From a virus: a stretch of 44,483 nt of DNA. The stretch lies in IMG/VR virus record IMGVR_UViG_3300029375_000005, one strand, 5' to 3'. The notes under the pieces are model-generated. The model did not search any database. It was given only the letters and a program-made list of their open reading frames with translations, and was not told where the DNA came from. A program made the position numbers and the translations under genes. Each line of letters starts with the position of its first letter. Within the stretch, counting starts at the first letter, position 1. Positions 7,643-15,890 of the stretch are shown in pieces.

Positions 7643-7698
7643 TAAAAACGCCCTAGCATAGTTATAGTTATATATACTATAATACCATACTAGGGCGT
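7643..7698 (-). terminator. Large hairpin (9-bp GC stem, 33-nt AT-rich loop) plus T5 tract immediately upstream of terS
   Basis: acgccctag (7648-7656) pairs with ctagggcgt (7690-7698). The loop contains the inner palindrome TATAGT..ACTATA. The minus-strand stem is followed by TTTTT (7643-7647). Confidence 0.5.
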
Positions 7699-7738
7699 AC
7701 ATAGCTCTCTACCACTTTTATAAATTTTTAAGTTTTTT

Positions 7739-8035
7739 TTAAAGCCTGCCAATCAGTTTGGCCAGATGATAATATTCCGCCATGACCTTGCGTTTGTATC
7801 CGTAAAAGTCATTCTCTGTTGCAGGAACTGTCCTGATCTTCTCCATTGTCCGATAACCAATACTGTTCACGATGCTGTCATAGATTTGTGATTCGATGCC
7901 GGGCGCATATTTGATAGATACCTGTAACAGATTATATTTATCGCTCTCACTAAGATTCCGCAAGTGACTTTGTAATGTCGGTATATCATCCGGCGGTACT
8001 CCGTAATCAATCAGTGTTGCCTTTCTTAACTTCAT
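7739..8035 (-). CDS. Hypothetical protein (98 aa), last gene before the late-operon hairpin
   Basis: ORF track. SD AAGGTGA 5 nt upstream of the start. Confidence 0.6.
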   Translation of the reverse strand: MKLRKATLIDYGVPPDDIPTLQSHLRNLSESDKYNLLQVSIKYAPGIESQIYDSIVNSIGYRTMEKIRTVPATENDFYGYKRKVMAEYYHLAKLIGRL

Positions 8036-8216
8036 TTATTTCACCTTCTTCATTCAAACTCCAGTCACATGGTATGCCTTGAAAACATTCTGGACAGTGC
8101 TCGTAGAATCCGCAACCTTTGCAATCCGCTGGCTATCTAGTACAATATTGTTGTAATACGCGGTATGCTGATATAGCAAGGTTTGGCGTTATGTCTGGTG
8201 TAGGTCTGTTATTCAT
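8007..8216 (-). pseudogene. Small Cys-rich ORF (69 codons) interrupted by an in-frame TAG at 8133..8135
   Basis: ATG at 8216 overlaps the upstream stop (ATGA). Reads MNNRPTPDITPNLAISAYRVLQQYCTR-TAG-PADCKGCGFYEHCPECFQGIPCDWSLNEEGEINEVKKGNTD. There is no start codon after the TAG in that frame apart from a TTG five codons before the end of the Cys-rich part. Confidence 0.45.
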
Positions 8217-8698
8217 TTCTTCATCTCCTCCAGTTTCTTTACCGTTTTCCTGTAATCTCTGTTTGCAGACCGAAACATCATCAGAAGTATTTCAGATACA
8301 GGCCTCGCTCTGTTGGCTCGTTTGGCTTTCTTGGCACATATAAGTTCGTTTCCTTCTGGGACATATATTCCTACATGATACGGGATTTTCAAAAATACTG
8401 TTGCAGCTAATTCCCCTGGCATAACCAAATAATTGTAATCTCCAATGAAATTCAATCCATGGCCAGATTTGAAATCTTCAATAGATGACTTGATTTCATA
8501 GCAATAGCAATCACCTTTTTCTATCCCGGAAACACTATTGTTCACTGGAACAAATTTCATATAGTCCACTCTAACTGCATGGTTTGTAGAATAATCAAAC
8601 GTCACCTCTTTTGCCCAGTAGATACGAGGATCGTTGTTCGGATTGATTTTCTTTTCAATCATGGTTGATAATTCTGCCGTAATCTCAGGCCTTGTCAT
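8213..8698 (-). CDS. PD-(D/E)XK nuclease-like protein (MmcB-like), 161 aa
   Basis: VRVDYMKF ... CYCYEIKSSIEDF fits the D...E.K nuclease motif. The family name is from memory only. Confidence 0.55.
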   Translation of the reverse strand: MTRPEITAELSTMIEKKINPNNDPRIYWAKEVTFDYSTNHAVRVDYMKFVPVNNSVSGIEKGDCYCYEIKSSIEDFKSGHGLNFIGDYNYLVMPGELAATVFLKIPYHVGIYVPEGNELICAKKAKRANRARPVSEILLMMFRSANRDYRKTVKKLEEMKK

Positions 8699-9047
8699 TC
8701 TTCATCTCCTCCAGCTTCTTCGCGGCTTCTTCACGGGTGAGGAATACCAAATCATTTAATTCTCCGAGCCATTCATCATGGTTTGCCCACAAAAACTGTT
8801 TGCCATCTTTGCCACATTCAATTCCACTTAACACGTTTTCCCGAATATCCATGCCGCATATGTCCCATACAGTTGTGCCAATAGGACACGGCAATCTCAC
8901 AAGCAAGCCCTGTTCTTCTAAGTCTTCATAAACAGCAAGTTTCGTAAGAATTTTATCCGCAAACGGTTTTAATAATCCATCCGTAATTTCTTCTTTTGCA
9001 ACTCCTGTACCATCAACATTTCTTTCTCTTTCTGTTAATCTCTCCAT
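8685..9047 (-). CDS. Hypothetical protein (120 aa)
   Basis: ORF track. The ATG directly follows the TAG stop of the upstream ORF. Confidence 0.6.
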   Translation of the reverse strand: MERLTERERNVDGTGVAKEEITDGLLKPFADKILTKLAVYEDLEEQGLLVRLPCPIGTTVWDICGMDIRENVLSGIECGKDGKQFLWANHDEWLGELNDLVFLTREEAAKKLEEMKNDKA

Positions 9048-9410
9048 CTACTTCACCTCTTCCATCTGACTTTCTACAGTATCTGCAAGCAACTTCAAGG
9101 ACTCAATAAATGGTTCCGTCAATGCTGTTCTGTCTGGGTATTTAGTGAATGTTCTGACAAGTTTTACTGCATCCTTGATTTTTTCTTCATCTTTGACGAT
9201 TTCGGACGCTTCGCACAATATCCTTTCATTGTCTCTGCAAGTGACCATCTTGCTACTATAAAAATTCAATATGTTTGGAATTGGAATTTCGACAGGGTTT
9301 AAATGGTTTACTCTCGCCCATGTGAATCCCTGAAGCTTTGCCATTTTCAGAACACTCAAATATTCTTCCTGTGTCTTTACAAACACGATTTTTCCAGTTA
9401 AAATAATCAT
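9048..9410 (-). CDS. Hypothetical protein (120 aa)
   Basis: ORF track. SD GAGGTGGAG upstream of the start. Confidence 0.6.
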   Translation of the reverse strand: MIILTGKIVFVKTQEEYLSVLKMAKLQGFTWARVNHLNPVEIPIPNILNFYSSKMVTCRDNERILCEASEIVKDEEKIKDAVKLVRTFTKYPDRTALTEPFIESLKLLADTVESQMEEVK

Positions 9411-9435
9411 TTCTCCACCTCTTATCGCTTACTTT

Positions 9436-9759
9436 TTATCGCTTGTTTTCATCGCTTGTTTCTGTAATTTCTCTCAAGCAGGCATTCCAACCAACCGCAA
9501 TAATATCTTTTTGTGATTCTACATTGTCATTCGGAACGATATACTCTTTTTTCTCCGGCAATGGCTTCAATGGACACCATTTAGGTCTTGATTTGCTTTC
9601 GTAATCATAATGTTCTTCTGTCATCAGAATTACATCATAATCTAAACAATCAGCTAATTCACAATAACCCACATATTCAAGTTCACCGCAGTATGAAGTT
9701 CCGAACGGGCAATCATAGCAATTTTCTGGTGCGTCTATCACTAATACTGATTTACTCAT
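9436..9759 (-). CDS. Hypothetical Cys-rich protein (107 aa from MSKSVLV)
   Basis: Start set at 9759, where ATGAGTAA overlaps the YopX stop. Contains CYDCPF...C...C...C...WCPL. Confidence 0.6.
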   Translation of the reverse strand: MSKSVLVIDAPENCYDCPFGTSYCGELEYVGYCELADCLDYDVILMTEEHYDYESKSRPKWCPLKPLPEKKEYIVPNDNVESQKDIIAVGWNACLREITETSDENKR

Positions 9760-10252
9760 CTGATTCCTCCTGCAATAATTCTGGATTGTCAAAAATGCTT
9801 CCAACTACTTCCATTTCGCACCTGTCGATATAATCTTTGGTCAGTGGCATTGAATAGCAGAATGGTTCACATCTGCTGATTGCGTCTGTCGGAATAATCT
9901 CATAATGCCATCCGACAACTTTATCTACTATGGACCCGGTTTCAATATTTCTTACACCAAATTCTCCAAATACCGTTTTTACAAGGTCTTCTGAATTTCC
10001 ATGACACATCAAAATATCATTCTCCCAGATTTTCTTGCCGTTCTTATCTGTTAATCCTGTGTACTCGCATATTGTATCCGGATCAACTTCGTCAAATTCA
10101 TCCGCCATAACGGTCCATTTGCCTATTACCAATTTCCCTATGAATATTCGCTTTTCTCCCGGCATTCCACCATCCAACAGGTATCCCTCTATCCATTCAC
10201 CGTTATCTTTTTTCTTTCCCTTAAAAAGAATTTCTCTCATTAACTCCACCAT
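9752..10252 (-). CDS. YopX-family protein
   Basis: MREILFKGKKKDNGEWIEGYLL ... typical YopX N-terminus. True start may be the ATG at 10240. Confidence 0.65.
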   Translation of the reverse strand: MVELMREILFKGKKKDNGEWIEGYLLDGGMPGEKRIFIGKLVIGKWTVMADEFDEVDPDTICEYTGLTDKNGKKIWENDILMCHGNSEDLVKTVFGEFGVRNIETGSIVDKVVGWHYEIIPTDAISRCEPFCYSMPLTKDYIDRCEMEVVGSIFDNPELLQEESDE

Positions 10253-10505
10253 CCTCTACTTGTCCTGATTCTTCTAACCAATTTTCAACACATGGTAGGC
10301 AGATATAGCAACTGCGCCAACCTTGTCCTTCTACTATTGCTTTTTGATTCAACATTCTTTCGCCTTTAGGTACCTGTTTTTCACATACGCAGCATAAATG
10401 AGAAACCCTTATTTTTACGATTTTTTCTGTCAGATTTGATTCCGAGCCATCCATATCCCCTGCGAATATCTGACTATCAATATACATTTCTTCTGGATAT
10501 TTCAT
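10221..10505 (-). CDS. Hypothetical zinc-finger-like protein (94 aa)
   Basis: CCVCEKQ ... CYICLPC paired-Cys motifs. ATGA coupling with the upstream ORF. Confidence 0.6.
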   Translation of the reverse strand: MKYPEEMYIDSQIFAGDMDGSESNLTEKIVKIRVSHLCCVCEKQVPKGERMLNQKAIVEGQGWRSCYICLPCVENWLEESGQVEDGGVNERNSF

Positions 10506-10894
10506 TCAACTCCACCGCCTTTCACGAACTTAATTGTTACATCCATTATCTTGTCCTCCACATAGCGCTCTGGAAGCGGCATCCAGGCATTGACAAATAA
10601 GCCAATTTCAAGAAAACTTTCGTCCTGGTTTCCGACTCTGAATGTGCCTCCACCTTCATTATCAACCGTATATCTTCCGATTGCCGGAATATCGCAGTTA
10701 TCAAGTGATATGGCAATGTATTTGTCCGGTTCTGGTAGTCTCTCATCAACTGGAATCCATCTATTAGAATTCATCAGATCAATGGCTTTCTTCTGTTCAG
10801 CTTCTGTTTCACAGTGTATTACAATGTCATAGGTATCATCGTATGCACTAAATGTGCCGTCTTCGTTCTGCGCAAATGTCATTTCGTCGCTCAT
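10502..10894 (-). CDS. DUF551-like protein (130 aa)
   Basis: NRWIPVDERLPEPDKYI resembles the DUF551 signature (W.pv...LPe). ATGA coupling on both sides. Confidence 0.6.
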   Translation of the reverse strand: MSDEMTFAQNEDGTFSAYDDTYDIVIHCETEAEQKKAIDLMNSNRWIPVDERLPEPDKYIAISLDNCDIPAIGRYTVDNEGGGTFRVGNQDESFLEIGLFVNAWMPLPERYVEDKIMDVTIKFVKGGGVE

Positions 10895-11196
10895 ACTTCC
10901 ACCTCACTATCCTCTGGCATCTGGAATATCATTTTTTTCATAAAATCTTTTCTAATAGTTTTTGCAATTGATGTATTATCTTTTCCCCTCTGAGATTCAC
11001 TAGCCGATTTGCAGACATCAGGAAGAAGAATTTCATTTAATTTTGCATCTGCATATGCATCCTGAATCATGTCCAGTACTTTCATAGCTTTTTCTCTGGT
11101 GGAATATTCTCCGAGTAAATAACTGCATCCAGTGATATATGATGTTACAACTGTTTTTTGTAGTTCCTTCTGCAATTTCGATACCAGCTGATACAT
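10891..11196 (-). CDS. Hypothetical protein (101 aa)
   Basis: ORF track. Poor SD. See the finding about the overlapping SD-led ORF that starts at 11239. Confidence 0.5.
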   Translation of the reverse strand: MYQLVSKLQKELQKTVVTSYITGCSYLLGEYSTREKAMKVLDMIQDAYADAKLNEILLPDVCKSASESQRGKDNTSIAKTIRKDFMKKMIFQMPEDSEVEV

Positions 11197-11232
11197 TAAA
11201 ATTAACTAATATCTCTTTATTCTGACTTCTGA

Positions 11233-11598
11233 TTAACATTTTGCGTCCTCCTTGTAATTCTCAACCGCAGCTATCTTATTTTCGTACATTGCAATTATGT
11301 TTTTAAATCTGCGAATATCATTATTGTATTTTTCCAAGAATGTTTCTTTTACGAACTGATAATTAGGTTCTTCCAACGCAATGTACGGTGTTGAAGAACC
11401 AGAAATTTTTCCAATATCTTCTTTTTTTACATATCCAATGTAAAGTCTTTCTGGAAACTGTGCTACTGCTCTGTACGTCTTTGGTTTCTCAATTACCTCG
11501 CATTCCTCAACTCTGACTTTAAAAACAGGGTCTCCGAATGTTCTAGTTTCCGGATTGAATTCTCTGTCATTGTCTAAAATGTAGAAATATAATTTCAT
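11233..11598 (-). CDS. Hypothetical protein (121 aa)
   Basis: ORF track. SD GAGGA 6 nt upstream of the start. Confidence 0.6.
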   Translation of the reverse strand: MKLYFYILDNDREFNPETRTFGDPVFKVRVEECEVIEKPKTYRAVAQFPERLYIGYVKKEDIGKISGSSTPYIALEEPNYQFVKETFLEKYNNDIRRFKNIIAMYENKIAAVENYKEDAKC

Positions 11599-11659
11599 TT
11601 TCCATCCTCACTTTCCCCATGTAAGTAACTGACACGCTATTGTGCAGTCCTCCATGATT

Positions 11660-12541
11660 TTAATATTCAATAAAATCAGATAATTCCATCTGACCATCTA
11701 AATTGTCGTCGTTCATCCACCACCTAAATACATCCTCTCCGGTCTCCCATTGAGTTTCTAATTCTTTTTCTTTTCGAGCATCTAACATTCTTTCAAAAGC
11801 TCTAATATAAGACTGTTTGTACTTAGGAAAATCTGCAAATTCTTTACACCTCTTTTTCCCGGCCATAGGACAGCCAATACAGCCAACACGATCATATCCA
11901 CATTTGTACAAATCACAAGTTTCTATATGCTCTGAATTGATAAATTCCCATATATCAGAATCCTTCCAGTCAATGATGGGATTGACAACCATTTTGTTTT
12001 TCTGCATACAAAGTTCATTCATTCTGCGATTGGCGTCATTGTCGTTCATTAGCATAACTGATGTGAATTTTTCTTTAGTTGCCTTTGTCGCACCAATTTT
12101 TTCAAATTCTTCTCTTTCTTTTCTCTGCCTGCTTTCAGCCCATCTTATACCAGTGGCAATATATCTATTTGTGCACCCTGTTTCTTTAAGAACTTGACAG
12201 CAGTAGCGAACTTGCCTTGTTGGTGGCATCAATTTTAATGGAATTAATTTCCACATCGTGATATGTTCGCCTTTATACTTCGGCATTTCTATTTCGCATT
12301 TAATTCCTTTTTCTTCCAAACTTTTAAATACATTTCGTATGTGCCGTACAGTTTGCGGTGCATCTGCCGTGGTGTGACTATTGTGTACCTCAAATGGTAT
12401 GCCGCTCCTGCGAAAGAGTTCTAGCATCACATCGGAGTCTTTTCCTCCGGAATATGTGCACACAAGTGGCTTTCCATAATGTTTCAACGAAAGATCAGAT
12501 GCAAGTCGAATTCTCTCAATTGCTTTTTGCTCTAAATCCAT
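11660..12541 (-). CDS. PAPS reductase / PP-loop ATP-pyrophosphatase family protein (DndC/IbrA-like)
   Basis: PP-loop CTYSGGKDSDVMLEL and a C-terminal Cys cluster CDLYKCGYDRVGCIGCPMA. 293 aa. Confidence 0.8.
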   Translation of the reverse strand: MDLEQKAIERIRLASDLSLKHYGKPLVCTYSGGKDSDVMLELFRRSGIPFEVHNSHTTADAPQTVRHIRNVFKSLEEKGIKCEIEMPKYKGEHITMWKLIPLKLMPPTRQVRYCCQVLKETGCTNRYIATGIRWAESRQRKEREEFEKIGATKATKEKFTSVMLMNDNDANRRMNELCMQKNKMVVNPIIDWKDSDIWEFINSEHIETCDLYKCGYDRVGCIGCPMAGKKRCKEFADFPKYKQSYIRAFERMLDARKEKELETQWETGEDVFRWWMNDDNLDGQMELSDFIEY

Positions 12542-12602
12542 TTATTTCTCCTATCCAAATGCTATCTGTCTGTTATTCTGCAAATAAATCACCAGCGCAG
12601 CT

Positions 12603-12983
12603 TTACGCTCCATATCTCTTAATCAGCTCCTTATAATCATCACAAATCTGAATGTGATGCTTCTTTTCCAGATTATCAACCATTTCAGACAATGATGTTT
12701 TTCCAGAATTGATATCATTGATGTAGTTATTAATTCTTTTTACGGACTTCATGTAACGTTTCCATCCCCATCCATGTAATTCGTGCATTACATAGAACAA
12801 AATCACAAAATTCAGCACGTCAGACCAGTTCTTTCCATCCTCGAACCCATCATCAAAGGCTTTTAACTCCATCTCTTTTAACTCTTTCTGGCAGTTCTGG
12901 ATAGACTGTGCGAACATATGAGATTGTTTATTTGTATATGGAATGAATGCTTTCTTTTTCTGCTTGATTTTTAGGCTTCCCAT
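12603..12983 (-). CDS. Hypothetical protein (126 aa)
   Basis: ORF track. SD AGGAGGG 8 nt upstream of the start. Confidence 0.55.
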   Translation of the reverse strand: MGSLKIKQKKKAFIPYTNKQSHMFAQSIQNCQKELKEMELKAFDDGFEDGKNWSDVLNFVILFYVMHELHGWGWKRYMKSVKRINNYINDINSGKTSLSEMVDNLEKKHHIQICDDYKELIKRYGA

Positions 12984-13228
12984 CCAACAACCCTCCTTAT
13001 GTTTTCTGTTAAAGCATCAAACTGTTTTAACATCTTCCGACATCCGTTTCTGGTCACCTGCATATCTTCGGCAGAGTCATCTATCCAATATTTGCCGTCA
13101 ATCGGATAGCTGTTATCCAAGAATGTACGGAATCTGCATTTTGTAAGTCCGAATTTATTCATAATTTCTCTTTGCGTCAAGGGCTCTACAAATTCACCAT
13201 CTGCTGTAACAATGTCATAAAGTTTCAT
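12971..13228 (-). CDS. Hypothetical protein (85 aa)
   Basis: ORF track. ATGA coupling with the upstream ORF. Confidence 0.55.
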   Translation of the reverse strand: MKLYDIVTADGEFVEPLTQREIMNKFGLTKCRFRTFLDNSYPIDGKYWIDDSAEDMQVTRNGCRKMLKQFDALTENIRRVVGWEA

Positions 13229-13491
13229 TTTATCTCCTTGTTTATCTTTCTCATTCCGTACCCAACTGGAGTATATGCCCTGTCGGTACTGGGGTGGTTT
13301 GTTCTGAGTAAACCATCATCAATCAACTGATTGATATGTTTCCAGACCGTAGCTCTCCCGGCATCTACCTTTTCAGAAATCTCCGTAATCGACGGTGCAT
13401 ATCCAACCAGTTTAATATAACTGACGATATACATATAAATTTCTTTCCTGAGAGCCTGTCTCTGTTTGTATCTATTCTTCGTGTTGTACAT
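13225..13491 (-). CDS. Winged-helix DNA-binding protein (LexA-N/MarR-like), 88 aa
   Basis: YAPSITEISEKVDAGRATVWKHINQLIDDGLL fits a wHTH pattern. Confidence 0.55.
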   Translation of the reverse strand: MYNTKNRYKQRQALRKEIYMYIVSYIKLVGYAPSITEISEKVDAGRATVWKHINQLIDDGLLRTNHPSTDRAYTPVGYGMRKINKEIK

Positions 13492-13735
13492 TCTTTCTCA
13501 ATCCTCTCTGCTTAGAACTTAAAGCATTGTTTAAAGCTAATATACAGCCCAGAATGAACTGCTTATCATTCTGATCAGGACATATACCCGCCAACTCTCC
13601 AAGCTCATCTAAGCGATTACACACTTGTTCAGAATAGTCGTCCGTAAGCTCCACCTGATAGAACTCCTTTATAACTTTCCAGAATTCTGTCATAAACCTT
13701 TGTATAATTGGAATATCTTTAGCTTCTACTTTCAT
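13472..13735 (-). CDS. Hypothetical protein (87 aa)
   Basis: ORF track. SD AAGGAG 7 nt upstream of the start. Confidence 0.55.
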   Translation of the reverse strand: MKVEAKDIPIIQRFMTEFWKVIKEFYQVELTDDYSEQVCNRLDELGELAGICPDQNDKQFILGCILALNNALSSKQRGLRKNVQHEE

Positions 13736-13752
13736 CTTCCATCTCCTTTATA

Positions 13753-13954
13753 TGTAACCTATTTAAAAAATCCGGTTTCATTTGGGTTACAAAAAAATCC
13801 AGTATTTATGCGAGTTTGAGACGTTTGCAACCGTGTAACCGTGTAACTCACATATTCCCTATATAGGAGAAAAAAATAATTTCATTCTCATATTTTTATT
13901 TTTCTATATATATATATATATTCTGAAAAGTTACAAGGTTACTCGGTTACAAAA
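13753..13954. promoter_or_regulatory. Non-coding iteron / (TA)n region, putative replication origin or regulatory hub
   Basis: GTTAC/GTAAC motifs: GTAACC at 13753, GGTTACAAAA at 13785 and 13945, tandem CGTGTAAC x2 at 13832-13847, and GTTAC x3 with 8-bp period at 13930-13949. Also (TA)8 at 13905-13921 and A/T runs. No credible ORF. Confidence 0.4.
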
Positions 13955-15874
13955 CTAATCAAATATCGGATCCGATATCTGGAACAAACTCGCCTTTTTC
14001 TGCTCTTCCAGGTATCTATCAAGATCATTTACCACTCTCAAACAGCAAAACTTTTTTGGATTTCTGCTTTCTGACTCTCTTTTTAAGATGTTACCGTACT
14101 TATTGTTGGAAATAACAAGTCCCATCTTCATACCCCATGACAGAAACGCTTTTTTGGAATATCCGCCATTTTTGCAGATGTTGTTGAGCGCAGTCGGGTA
14201 GAAGTACACTAACCGGTTCATTTCTCCATCTTTTTCGATGGGATCTCCCCATTTTTCACAAGGTGTATCAACGTCGAAGCGCTGCTCATTCATAGCAATC
14301 ATATCCACCAGATATTCATAACAACGTTCGTTCGGGGATACATCCGATACATCAGCAAGCGTGTTTTTGGCATCTTGTATATCAATATACTGCATATCCT
14401 TAAAAAGCATATCTGCGGCGATTCTATCCGCGGTCAGGACAATCGATAAGGAAAGTAGCTGTTTATCTGTTTTATCGTCTGATGCGATTTTTTTTAAAAT
14501 CTCCTGCTGGATATTTTTAATCTTATCAACACCCATTTCTTCCAGTACTGCCACGAAGTCTTTTCCGGCAAAGCCATAGTTTTTTTTGAGAATATCAATG
14601 GTATCTTGCGGATTCTCGAACAACTTATCATGCGTGCATTCTACTTCAAGAATACGGTTTACAGCGCCACCCTGGTTTACGTAGGACTGTAATGGATACT
14701 CACCGTTTGTGAGGATACACAACTTCCACGTGCTTTCTCTTGTTAAGCCAAGTTCTTTGTTGGATCTGGTTTTTCCTTGGCCGGAACAGAGATCATACAC
14801 GATTCGCTCAAAGTTTTCCTCAATCTTCTTATCCTTCTGGCTTGTATCATCAAGGATAAGGGGAAGATTATTGAGCATGTCAGCTTTTACTTCCAGGCCC
14901 ACATCCGAACTCTTGAAGTTGCCTATGTACTTGTTTTCGGACGGATCCGCCCAGACTGAAGCGGCCAGCATGTGGGTAACAGACTTTCCGTTTCCGGTAA
15001 GACCCCATAAGTCGGTAAAAAATGGAAGCGCATCCAATGGCTTAATCAGAACACTGGCGAAAGACGCTGCCAGCATAAACTTAATTTCGAATTTATCCTG
15101 CTGCCTGATCTTTTTTACATGTTCATACCAAGTTTCCCTATCTCCTTTTACCCGAATGGCTTCAAAAAGTTGCCTGAACTTTGCATCCCCATCGAATATG
15201 ATTTCCTCGCTGTATGGCAGGAAACCGTCTCCAATCCATCCAAGTTTTCCAGACGAATATTGTATTTCTATGTACTCATCGTTCAGATTTTCCACATCTG
15301 ATAAGTACCTCACAAGGTGTTTGGCAGTCTCTGATGTTACAGCTATCCCGTTCTTGGATAGTCCTACAATCTTGGATGCAGTTGCTACGACATCTTTTGG
15401 AACAATAATCTCTTGCCATTTATTGTTACGTTTAAAGGCAATTTTTATCTGTTCTTCACCTGTCTGAATATTTTTTAAGCGTTCAACCGGCAATATAGGA
15501 TGATAGCAGGCCCTAACATCTGTTATTCCAGTAGCAGAATTCCAAGTGCAAATTCCATCATCTGCTGCGATCCAGTTTCCACAGGCCATTCTATCGTAGG
15601 GACTATCCGTAAAGTTCGTATAATGTTCTACAAGACTGGTTTCTTTTAATTGCCTCCGGATATCTTCCTGTTCTTGCCTTTTTATATCTTTTTGCACTTT
15701 TTTGTATGCGTTTACCACGCTTGTAAACTCTGTTTTGCACCTCAATTCAGATGCTCGAAGCGCAAGGCTGGCCAACAGTTCAGCCCTGTAAATCTCATCC
15801 TCCTGATTAAACACCTCATCCAGCACTTCCCGAGACATAATGGATTTTGCATCCAACTTGTTCAAAGGAACCAT
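13955..15874 (-). CDS. DUF927-type / SF3-like replicative helicase (P-loop NTPase)
   Basis: Walker A GLTGNGKS, Walker B LPLILDD, and an N-terminal CGNW..DDGI region typical of DUF927 proteins. 639 aa. SD GAGGTGA upstream. Confidence 0.8.
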   Translation of the reverse strand: MVPLNKLDAKSIMSREVLDEVFNQEDEIYRAELLASLALRASELRCKTEFTSVVNAYKKVQKDIKRQEQEDIRRQLKETSLVEHYTNFTDSPYDRMACGNWIAADDGICTWNSATGITDVRACYHPILPVERLKNIQTGEEQIKIAFKRNNKWQEIIVPKDVVATASKIVGLSKNGIAVTSETAKHLVRYLSDVENLNDEYIEIQYSSGKLGWIGDGFLPYSEEIIFDGDAKFRQLFEAIRVKGDRETWYEHVKKIRQQDKFEIKFMLAASFASVLIKPLDALPFFTDLWGLTGNGKSVTHMLAASVWADPSENKYIGNFKSSDVGLEVKADMLNNLPLILDDTSQKDKKIEENFERIVYDLCSGQGKTRSNKELGLTRESTWKLCILTNGEYPLQSYVNQGGAVNRILEVECTHDKLFENPQDTIDILKKNYGFAGKDFVAVLEEMGVDKIKNIQQEILKKIASDDKTDKQLLSLSIVLTADRIAADMLFKDMQYIDIQDAKNTLADVSDVSPNERCYEYLVDMIAMNEQRFDVDTPCEKWGDPIEKDGEMNRLVYFYPTALNNICKNGGYSKKAFLSWGMKMGLVISNNKYGNILKRESESRNPKKFCCLRVVNDLDRYLEEQKKASLFQISDPIFD

Positions 15875-15890
15875 CTATATCACCTCTTTT

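Noticed and set aside
8133-8135. Genome-wide TAG stop-codon reassignment
   Set aside because: Long uninterrupted ORFs exist under the standard code. TAG closes several well-supported genes whose downstream neighbours start right after it (3949 portal, 15891 CHC2, 43150, 157, 9048). A single interrupted small gene does not justify recoding.
13905-13921. (TA)8 tract and nearby short repeats as a possible CRISPR array
   Set aside because: There are no repeat-spacer units of 25-40 bp anywhere in the window. These are a dinucleotide repeat and 5-9 bp iterons.
14709-15467. 252-aa plus-strand ORF (and other long plus-strand ORFs at 15840..16493, 32132..32848, 33845..34228, 40035..40580, 42491..43120)
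   Set aside because: All lie antisense inside long, motif-bearing or SD-led minus-strand genes (helicase, CHC2/ERCC4, tape measure, MCP, the 184-aa ORF). They lack SD sequences and have Ser/Leu/Phe/Cys-rich compositions typical of shadow ORFs.
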